Shown one piece after another: positions 9,302 through 16,900 of a stretch of DNA of 32,000 bases (position 1 is the first letter of the stretch; the number at the start of each line of letters is the position of its first letter). Below the pieces are notes generated by a model. The model was not told where the DNA came from and did no database searches. It worked only from the letters and a program-made list of their open reading frames with translations. Origin of the DNA: Candidatus Helarchaeota ASGARD archaeon Hel_GB_B. GTDB taxonomy: Archaea > Asgardarchaeota > Lokiarchaeia > Helarchaeales > HEL-GB-B. The stretch spans positions 1 to 32,000 of the forward strand of contig SUPR01000029.1 in assembly GCA_005191425.1 (NCBI GenBank), in the 5' to 3' direction. A program made the position numbers and the translations under genes.

Positions 9302-9694
9302 TTAAAGTTCTGGGCCGAGTTTTTCAAATATGATTACAATTAAATAAAACAATTTTAACACAATTTTTTGGGTATTCATAGAATATTCTAGATTTTTGCT
9401 ATAGAACGAGAATTCATTATGGTCAATTAGAATGGAATCAATATTATATTTGGAAAGACATCTTGAAAAAATAATACATAATTCAATATATTTTCCAAAT
9501 TCTTCTTTATTTAAGCTTATTCTTTTAAAATTTATAGTTATAAAAAATTTGATGCCTTTTAATTCATTTGATAAAATTACATATTTAATTATCCCTTTAT
9601 CATATAAAATACACTCTTTATTTTTTTCAAAGATTTTTTCCCAATTGATATTATTTTCATTCATTAAAAAATCAATATTTAGCATTTTGTGCAC
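9302..9694 (-). CDS. Hypothetical protein, about 130 aa
   Basis: GTG start directly abuts the TAG of the LAGLIDADG-TFE gene. An alternative ATG at 9685 has an AGGTG RBS. Confidence 0.6.
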   Translation of the reverse strand: MHKMLNIDFLMNENNINWEKIFEKNKECILYDKGIIKYVILSNELKGIKFFITINFKRISLNKEEFGKYIELCIIFSRCLSKYNIDSILIDHNEFSFYSKNLEYSMNTQKIVLKLFYLIVIIFEKLGPEL

Positions 9695-11023
9695 CTAATA
9701 AGCTATTTTTATTGTATTAAAATTTTCATAACCAATCAATTTAGCATTAGATTTTAGTACAGAATTAATAAATTTAGTTAAAATCCGTAATTCTTGAGAT
9801 GGACGGGTCTCAGGGATTATTGTCATATTCATCAGGGTATTACATTCAGGACATTTGAAATCATCATTTTCAAAATATAATAAATAATTGAATGTTTTTA
9901 GGCAATTTGGACATTCCAAAATAATTGAATCGCCATTATTTTTTAGTTTATTATATTTGGATTCGAGCGATTTTTTAGTTAAATTAATAACTCGCATTGA
10001 ATTACTTATGAATTCTTTTCTCCCTCTTGCAAAATATTCGAGTATCCCCAATTCACTTAATTTGTATAGTGTGCGCCGAATTTCATTACTACCTACTTTA
10101 AATACTTGTTCTAATAAGGTATATGGAATTTTATCGTTATTATTATGATAAATACAATGCAATGAATACCCCCAAATTGTCAAATCAAATTCTTCAAGAG
10201 GATATAGGTTAATAATAGTCGTATAATATTTTTCTATCGAGCGTAATTCAAGTATTGTAGCCATGGCTAATGACTTGACTTTATCTGGCTTAAAATGCTT
10301 AAATAATAGCGTCAAATTACTTTTACCGCAGATTAAAAGTCCTTCATGATGGTCTGAGGATTTTATTCCAAGTTGAAATAAAATATCCTTGATTTGGTTT
10401 AGAAATGATTTTAAAAATTTTTTTTTGATATTAGAATGGATTTTTGAATTTAATAATCTTAAAATTAGAAATTCTCGAATTCCCCCCTGTCTGTTATTAA
10501 AAACATAATGAGCTTTTTTCGAACTAAAAAGTCCAGAAAGTATTCCCATTTTCACTTCATTAGAGAGTCCTTGAAGGATTTGTGGGCTCTGGATATTAAG
10601 TCCGATACATTTTAAATATTTTTTAAAAGAATTTGGAAACTTAACAATGAATTTTTGATAATATTTGTAAAATTTTTTTCTGTAGGTCTTACGTTTCTTT
10701 TCTTGCTTTTTGAGTTCTATTTTTACTCCAATTTTTTCACTAAATTTTTTAATAAAAGGAATTTGAGTGGGTTCTATGACCAAAATAAATTGTTTATTAG
10801 AAGAATAACTTGAACCAACGGCAATACCATAGAAATATCCATAATCATAATCTGGATTTTGTAATTTAAATTTTTGATTATTTATTAAAATATCGCAATT
10901 ATCAGTTAAATTCTTTAAAAATGGTGTTATTCGTACCCATTTATCATTATTAATATCATAATATTTAGCTTTTTCTTTACTTAGTCTATTAATTAGTAGT
11001 CTGTTGTTCAATATTCTAACCAC
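9695..11023 (-). CDS. Fusion of an inactive two-motif LAGLIDADG domain with a TFE-alpha/TFIIE-alpha-like wHTH and Zn ribbon
   Basis: LAGLIDADG-like helices GYFYGIAVGSS (aa 62-72) and GILSGLFSSKK (aa 160-170), both lacking the acidic catalytic residue; FLNQIKDILFQLGIKS is typical of intein-type LAGLIDADG domains. Then EIRRTLYKLSELGILEY (TFE-like wHTH), CPNC-x16-FKCPEC (TFE-like Zn ribbon) and a terminal helix ELRILTKFINSV. Confidence 0.75.
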   Translation of the reverse strand: MVRILNNRLLINRLSKEKAKYYDINNDKWVRITPFLKNLTDNCDILINNQKFKLQNPDYDYGYFYGIAVGSSYSSNKQFILVIEPTQIPFIKKFSEKIGVKIELKKQEKKRKTYRKKFYKYYQKFIVKFPNSFKKYLKCIGLNIQSPQILQGLSNEVKMGILSGLFSSKKAHYVFNNRQGGIREFLILRLLNSKIHSNIKKKFLKSFLNQIKDILFQLGIKSSDHHEGLLICGKSNLTLLFKHFKPDKVKSLAMATILELRSIEKYYTTIINLYPLEEFDLTIWGYSLHCIYHNNNDKIPYTLLEQVFKVGSNEIRRTLYKLSELGILEYFARGRKEFISNSMRVINLTKKSLESKYNKLKNNGDSIILECPNCLKTFNYLLYFENDDFKCPECNTLMNMTIIPETRPSQELRILTKFINSVLKSNAKLIGYENFNTIKIAY

Positions 11024-11141
11024 CGAATTTTTATCAAATTATAAATCTTTGTCTTATAGTTACTGACAAAAACTATATATTAGTAAAAAAAATGGGGTTT
11101 TGAAGATAGTTTTGCCGTTTTTTTTGAGTTATAATTTGTTC

Positions 11142-11163
11142 ATTTTATGCACTCATTGCAAAA
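11142..11163 (-). promoter_or_regulatory. Putative transcription-factor site TTTTGCAATGAGTG-cata-AAAT, copy 2
   Basis: Upstream of the LAGLIDADG-TFE gene; shares 16 identical bp with copy 1 (939-954 vs 11150-11165). TAATATATA at 11082-11074 lies 67 nt downstream on the - strand and is a weaker TATA match. Confidence 0.55.
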
Positions 11164-11263
11164 AATACAGTTATATACTAAAAAACAAAAAATTAAAAAA
11201 CGAAAAGAAAATTAAAAATTGGATAAAATTAATGGAGTTTAATATGGAACAAACCAATTCTTT

Positions 11264-12244
11264 TTATGAATTAAAAATGTAATGATCAATCCGCTTTTGC
11301 TTTATTTTTAAATCTTTGAATCCTTTATTTAACCTGGCTAAACCTCTTCGCACTCTATTTATAGAAAAATTCTTCTCTAATAAATATTCCTTAATAGCCA
11401 AAATATTTGGATATTGAAAATAAACATCAAATTTTGAGGTTATTGGTTTCAAGAATAGGTTTCTAATTTTATTAGCATCAAATTCGTTAAATTCGTAGTC
11501 CTTTCTCATGGTCTCAATATTACCATATTTCTTTATCATTTTTAATGATGTTTTAGGGCCAAATCCTTCGAATCCTGGATGATAATCATTTCCCATTAAG
11601 ATAATGATATCAATCAATTGGTTAAAAGAAATATCTAATTTTGTAAGTACTTTATTCAAAGAGATTTGCTGTAAAGTATTAGTCTTAAAGTTCAATTTTC
11701 TATAAATCTTTGGACATCCAAATATTAAGCAATCATAATCTTCAGAAATAACTCCATATGCCTGTTGCTCTTTAACAAGGCGCACCGCTTGAGCTTCTCC
11801 CTCACTTGGTGCTCTAAATACCGGAACTCCGAACATTCGTATAAATTTAATTAAATCTTCAATTATATATTTATATAGGAAGAATGAATCTTTAAAAACC
11901 TTTAACTTACTTCCATTTCCACCTAAACTATTATATTTTTTCCATGCATTTGACAACCTCTTAATTTTATAGTAATTATATGGTCTTTTTTCTCTTGGTG
12001 GAATTCCATCAAAGATAAAAATTGGTTTAATTTTTCGTTCGATTAAATTTATAATAAAATAAAAGAAACCATAGATATGAGAGACTGGATTTCCATGATA
12101 ATCATAAAAAATATCTTGAGAATTTTTTATTTTTGTTATATATTTAAATAATAAGTTAGTTGCGTCAATAACAATCGTCTTATGTGAAATATCACTAAAA
12201 TTTATTGTTTCTGAAATTACAAGTTCTTTTAATTTAAGACCCAA
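11264..12244 (-). CDS. fen: Flap endonuclease 1 (XPG/FEN1 family)
   Basis: MGLKLKEL start (TTG, AAGGTGG RBS); IDAT, FDGIPP, APSEGEAQA, SEDYDCLIFG, GNDY and GFGPKTSLKMIKKYG motifs; C-terminal PIP-like QKRIDHYIF. Confidence 0.93.
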   Translation of the reverse strand: MGLKLKELVISETINFSDISHKTIVIDATNLLFKYITKIKNSQDIFYDYHGNPVSHIYGFFYFIINLIERKIKPIFIFDGIPPREKRPYNYYKIKRLSNAWKKYNSLGGNGSKLKVFKDSFFLYKYIIEDLIKFIRMFGVPVFRAPSEGEAQAVRLVKEQQAYGVISEDYDCLIFGCPKIYRKLNFKTNTLQQISLNKVLTKLDISFNQLIDIIILMGNDYHPGFEGFGPKTSLKMIKKYGNIETMRKDYEFNEFDANKIRNLFLKPITSKFDVYFQYPNILAIKEYLLEKNFSINRVRRGLARLNKGFKDLKIKQKRIDHYIFNS

Positions 12245-12394
12245 ATTTTTTCCACCTTAAAGTATAAAATTCATTCCTATTTTTTAATTATTAATTTATT
12301 ATTTAGGTATATTATATACATATATTTTAGAATCTGGTTAATAATTAAGCATTTTATAAATACTATAATTCTAATATCTGAAAATTCAATTTCT

Positions 12395-13168
12395 TTAAAC
12401 ATGATATAATTCACTACATGCGGATATATTTCTTATAATTTTATATAAAACAAATGACGGTAATATTTCAAATTCAACATGGGCAAATGCATTGCTAAAT
12501 ATCGACTTCATTATTAAAAGGTTAGTATCAATAATATTGTAAACTTTTTGTATATTTTTTTCATTTAGATTACCTTTTAATTTATAAAAACACCCGTATA
12601 AAATTTCAGTTTTCCATTTTTCCATTCTCGAAGGGATATTATCATGAAAATTTAAGAATAATTCAGGAAAATCATCAGCCCATTGTAAATATCTGTCATT
12701 ATTATTGTTAATTTCATTAACTGAAACAAAAGAATAATCATAAATTCTAAAAAAACAGAGATTATTATCGGCCATAGACCGAATAAATTTTTTAAGATTA
12801 CTCTGTATACCTAATGGAATTGATGCAATCCTGAAAATAGCTAAAGCAGATAAAGTTTTCCCATTATCTAATAATATAATGTGGTCATTTTCAATATTAT
12901 TTTTTAGGCGATAGAGTTTAGGTAATCTTGTAGGATTAATTAGCAAAACCCTTTTGTTTTTAATGAATTTTTTATCAATCTTGAAAAAATAAATTAATAG
13001 AATTATCATTGCTATTGAGAAGCCAAAAATAACATATATTATTGCTAATATTGGTAAATTAATAGATGAGATAAATAAAAAATAAAATATTATAGATAAA
13101 TACATAATACCAGTAATTAAAAATTTATTTTTAAAAACAAATCCAGCTATTTTTTCGAGAAATTTCAA
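12395..13168 (-). CDS. Two-TM membrane protein, paralogue of the N-terminal domain of the VirB4-like ORF 2417
   Basis: HIILLDNGKTLSALAIFRIASIP vs DVLFIDNGDKTTGLTLFKIKAP; NLKKFIRSM vs SFNEFVRGL; EKWKTEILYG vs GIWRTTIIFG. TTG start with GGAGTGA RBS. Confidence 0.75.
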   Translation of the reverse strand: MKFLEKIAGFVFKNKFLITGIMYLSIIFYFLFISSINLPILAIIYVIFGFSIAMIILLIYFFKIDKKFIKNKRVLLINPTRLPKLYRLKNNIENDHIILLDNGKTLSALAIFRIASIPLGIQSNLKKFIRSMADNNLCFFRIYDYSFVSVNEINNNNDRYLQWADDFPELFLNFHDNIPSRMEKWKTEILYGCFYKLKGNLNEKNIQKVYNIIDTNLLIMKSIFSNAFAHVEFEILPSFVLYKIIRNISACSELYHV

Positions 13169-13186
13169 TCTTATTCACTCCTTTCT

Positions 13187-13699
13187 TTATTTGATTAAAA
13201 ATTCAATTAGCCCAATAATGATATAAAAAATATTCCAAGCGATAATTATACCGTCATTTTGAAAAACCATCGGGTAGAAGCACATTCTCACAATTAAAAA
13301 TGTCATAAATCCCACCCAAAAAATTATCCAGGCAAGAAATATCACTTGCTTTTTTGTTAAAGAAAATTTATCTGAAACAAATAAATTGTATTGAAAAGAA
13401 TTGACATTTTTTTTACTACCATCAATAGAAATTATATCCGGAAGTTCTTTTGAAAGTTCCAACAAGATATTAACATTATCTTCTAGTTCTTTTATTTCAT
13501 CTGAAGATAAATTATTGTTAAAAATTGTGTCAAAATTAAAATCAATTTCATTCATTATGGTCTTAAAAGATAAAGCATTTGAAATTATTTCATTTGTATT
13601 ATTTTTTCTTATCAATAAATCCCAAATCACTACAATTGAAATTATTACTCCAATAATAACCGGCCAAAACGAAATAAAAAAATTGATAATTAAATCCAT
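13187..13699 (-). CDS. Multi-pass membrane protein (one N-terminal and two C-terminal TM helices)
   Basis: Hydrophobic segments FWPVIIGVIISIVVIW, VIFLAWIIFWVGFMTFLIV and IIIAWNIFYIIIGLIEF; GGGTG RBS; operon gaps of 9 and 18 nt. Confidence 0.7.
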   Translation of the reverse strand: MDLIINFFISFWPVIIGVIISIVVIWDLLIRKNNTNEIISNALSFKTIMNEIDFNFDTIFNNNLSSDEIKELEDNVNILLELSKELPDIISIDGSKKNVNSFQYNLFVSDKFSLTKKQVIFLAWIIFWVGFMTFLIVRMCFYPMVFQNDGIIIAWNIFYIIIGLIEFLIK

Positions 13700-13708
13700 A
13701 ATAACACC

Positions 13709-14134
13709 CTAATTTTCAAAATCAAATAATTCAGATGAAAAGAAATCTTCTAAATCACAATTCACCAATTCAGATTCAATTTTTCTTCTAATAATTTTGG
13801 TAATTTCGGGATTTGGCCCAATAATATAAACACAAACAAGGTCATTATTTAAAATAACATTTTTCGAGTTAGAATCATTGACCGAAATTATAGCATTTTT
13901 GAAGTAGAAAGTATCATAAATTCTTTTTGCACCGATAAATTTACTTGGAATTATGTTATTTATTAATAATATTTTCTGATTTTTAGTTATATATAATAAT
14001 TCAGATTCTTTTCTTCTTGAATAATATTTAGATCTGGCTAATCTAACATCTTTAGGAAGAAAATTTATGAGTCTAAAGTATAAATAGAAAATTATTCCGA
14101 CAATTATAACTCCAATCAGTAAAATCTCAATCAT
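13709..14134 (-). CDS. N-terminally anchored small membrane protein
   Basis: MIEILLIGVIIVGIIFYLYF anchor; first gene of a three-gene operon divergent from the helicase. ATTTATAAAT TATA-like box at 14151-14160. Confidence 0.7.
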   Translation of the reverse strand: MIEILLIGVIIVGIIFYLYFRLINFLPKDVRLARSKYYSRRKESELLYITKNQKILLINNIIPSKFIGAKRIYDTFYFKNAIISVNDSNSKNVILNNDLVCVYIIGPNPEITKIIRRKIESELVNCDLEDFFSSELFDFEN

Positions 14135-14233
14135 AATTGACTACCAACAAATTTATAAATGAAATTTTTGACCTTTGCATTTTTGGTTTAAAATCTCCAG
14201 GTAAATTGAACTATTTAAAAATCTTTTGAATGA

Positions 14234-16897
14234 GTGAATAAATTGATCAAGTACGATAAGATCATTAAAGATATGTTAGAAAAAGTTGGTATCGAAAATT
14301 TACGGCCAATTCAGAAGCAGTCGGTGCCATTTATATTTGGGAAAAAGCCAAGAAACTTATTAATAGTGGCACCCAGTGCCAGTGGAAAAACTTTAATTGG
14401 GGAGCTTGCGTTAATGAATGCTGCATTAAACGGAATGAAAGGTTTTTATTTAGTCCCATTAAAATCTATAGCAAATGAAAAATTTATAGATTTCTTCAAA
14501 AAATATAGTGCTAATATTTCGATTGCAATCACTACGGGGGATTTTGATATCTCTATGGAAGAATTGGAAAAAAAACAAATAATAATAACAACATATGAGC
14601 GATTTGATTCAATTATTAGAAAAAAACCTTCTTGGTTTAAAAGGATTTTTGTAGTAGTTATTGATGAAATCCATAATATTGGCGATAGAACTCGTGGTAT
14701 AAAACTTGAGAGCCTTTTAACCCGACTTATGACTTATAATCAAATTCAAATTATTGGACTATCGGCTACAATTAAAAATCCAGAGGACTTAGCAAGCTGG
14801 TTAAATGCGGAATTAATAATAAACAAAGAAAGACCCGCAGAATTGCGATATAAAATTCTTATCTCAGAAAATAAATATGAAACCTTAAAAAATTTAATAC
14901 CAAAATTGGTCGAAAAAAAAGCACAAATACTAATTTTTACTAGAACTCGAAAAGAGTCAGAAAAATTAGCAAAAAATCTATCAAAAGTTGTCAAAAAATA
15001 CCTCACTTTTGATGAATTTCAGGAATTGGATTCATTTTCTAAAAATATTATGGAGTCATCACTTGATTTTCAGACAATTACTGGCGGTGTTGGCTATCAC
15101 CATGCCGGCTTAGATCATAATTCAAGAATTTTAGTTGAAAAATTGTTTAATAATTCATTAATTAAAGTCATTTGTTGTACTACTACATTGTCTTCCGGGA
15201 TAAATACGCCTGCAAATATTGTAATAATAAAGGATTTTAAAATGTACAATAATATTTCAAACAGACCAGAACTTTTGGATAAAAATAAATTCCATCAAAT
15301 TTCTGGAAGAGCTGGAAGATTTGAAAAAAATATTGGTTTTGCAATTATTATGGTATCAAATGAAGAGGAAGCAAATAAAGTAAAGGAATATTATTTTAAA
15401 GAAATTAATTTAAATAATGATAAATATCATAAAAAAAGCGTTTTAAAAGCTAAATATGAAAATATTTTTAGTTCATTACCTGAAAATAGATATGCTTTAA
15501 TCGATCAAACATTGGTTTTTATTCATCACCATGCTGAAGGAATAACTAGAAATGATTTAATTAGATTTTTTAAAAAGACATTCTTTTATTTTCAATTAAA
15601 AAGCCATGGAAATGAAGATTATTTAATAGAACGACTTGCGTTTGATAAAAAGAATATAGAAGCTGTCTTAAGAGCTCATTTAGTTAACCCCAATAACATT
15701 ATACCTGCGGAAGTAAAGGCTATACATATATTAGAAGATAGATTTGAAGGTATTGTTATTACTAATCATGAAAAAATTGATAGAATTTGTAGTTTTTCTA
15801 ATAATTCCCGATACTGCACTTGCTCCACTTTTAAAAATACAGGTTTTTGTATTCATTTATATCATTTAGCTATTGCAGCATTGAAAAAATATCGGATTTC
15901 ATCGGAAGATATCATTTTAAGTTCATTTAATGAAAATTTTATTTTAGATTATCTTCTTAATAACAATCTAATTTATATCGAAAATGAGCGGTTTAAGTGT
16001 ACAGAATATGGAAATTTAATTGTGAATCTATTTATAGACTCGCGTATGTTTCTATTTATTAGAAATAGATTGAAATTTACTACTTGTACTTATGATTTTT
16101 TAGATTTGATTAAAAAATTAACGGAATTAAAGTTTGAAAAATCTCTGAGTTATCATTATCTTTCAGTATTAAATGAAATAATAAATACTGACGAAAATAT
16201 CGATATTAATAAATTTTTAAAAAAGATGAGTACATCTGAAATTGGAATTGGTGACCTTGAGAGTTTTATAGAGGCATGTAGATGGGTAACTAATGTGATA
16301 ATAAAAGTTGCAGAAAATACAATTGAAGGAAACGAAAAAATCATTAATATTGGAAAAATGGTCTTGGATAAAATAAATAGACCATTACCAGATGAAGAAA
16401 TGATGTATAAAATAGTCCAAAGCTCAATGGGTTCGAATATTGGCATTATAAAAAGTAACGATGAAGATATGAAACGAATATTCTGTAAAAAAGTCAAATA
16501 TTTTTTAGTATTACATAAAATAAGCGGAGTCCCAATTTATTCATATAATTTCTCTCTTAATGACCTTGACTCGTCATTAATATCTGGTTATTTGACAGCA
16601 ATTAGTAGTTTCGGGCTAGAAATATCTGGAGGAATTCAAACAAACGTGAAAAAAATGGAATATGATAAAATGAAAATTTTGATACAAGAAGGAGAAAACA
16701 TTCGAGCTACTATTATCTTGGAAGAAGGATATGATGAATGGGTTTTAGAGCGACTTAAAATTTTTATTGAAAATGTTGAGAATAAATTTACAAATTTACA
16801 GAACTGGAATGGAGATTTAAACATGTTTCGGAATATCGGAAAAATGTTTAATGAAGTATTTGGTTATAATCTAATTGAAGACCCGCCAAATATTTAA
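14234..16897 (+). CDS. Ski2/Hel308-like SF2 (DEAD/DEAH-box) helicase with a SWIM Zn finger and a C-terminal longin-like domain
   Basis: Helicase motifs APSASGKT, DEIH, LSAT, TTTLSSGINTPA and QISGRAGR; CTC-x8-CIH (SWIM-like, about 15812-15860); C-terminal YFLVLHKISGVPIY...DSSLISGYLTAISSF longin-like domain (about 16493-16897). Confidence 0.88.
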   Translation: MNKLIKYDKIIKDMLEKVGIENLRPIQKQSVPFIFGKKPRNLLIVAPSASGKTLIGELALMNAALNGMKGFYLVPLKSIANEKFIDFFKKYSANISIAITTGDFDISMEELEKKQIIITTYERFDSIIRKKPSWFKRIFVVVIDEIHNIGDRTRGIKLESLLTRLMTYNQIQIIGLSATIKNPEDLASWLNAELIINKERPAELRYKILISENKYETLKNLIPKLVEKKAQILIFTRTRKESEKLAKNLSKVVKKYLTFDEFQELDSFSKNIMESSLDFQTITGGVGYHHAGLDHNSRILVEKLFNNSLIKVICCTTTLSSGINTPANIVIIKDFKMYNNISNRPELLDKNKFHQISGRAGRFEKNIGFAIIMVSNEEEANKVKEYYFKEINLNNDKYHKKSVLKAKYENIFSSLPENRYALIDQTLVFIHHHAEGITRNDLIRFFKKTFFYFQLKSHGNEDYLIERLAFDKKNIEAVLRAHLVNPNNIIPAEVKAIHILEDRFEGIVITNHEKIDRICSFSNNSRYCTCSTFKNTGFCIHLYHLAIAALKKYRISSEDIILSSFNENFILDYLLNNNLIYIENERFKCTEYGNLIVNLFIDSRMFLFIRNRLKFTTCTYDFLDLIKKLTELKFEKSLSYHYLSVLNEIINTDENIDINKFLKKMSTSEIGIGDLESFIEACRWVTNVIIKVAENTIEGNEKIINIGKMVLDKINRPLPDEEMMYKIVQSSMGSNIGIIKSNDEDMKRIFCKKVKYFLVLHKISGVPIYSYNFSLNDLDSSLISGYLTAISSFGLEISGGIQTNVKKMEYDKMKILIQEGENIRATIILEEGYDEWVLERLKIFIENVENKFTNLQNWNGDLNMFRNIGKMFNEVFGYNLIEDPPNI

Positions 16898-16900
16898 TAT

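Noticed and set aside
9695-11023. Intein, group I intron or active homing endonuclease (mobile element)
   Set aside because: No Hint splicing motifs (N-terminal C/S block, C-terminal HN), no interrupted host gene or RNA gene, and the catalytic acids are missing.
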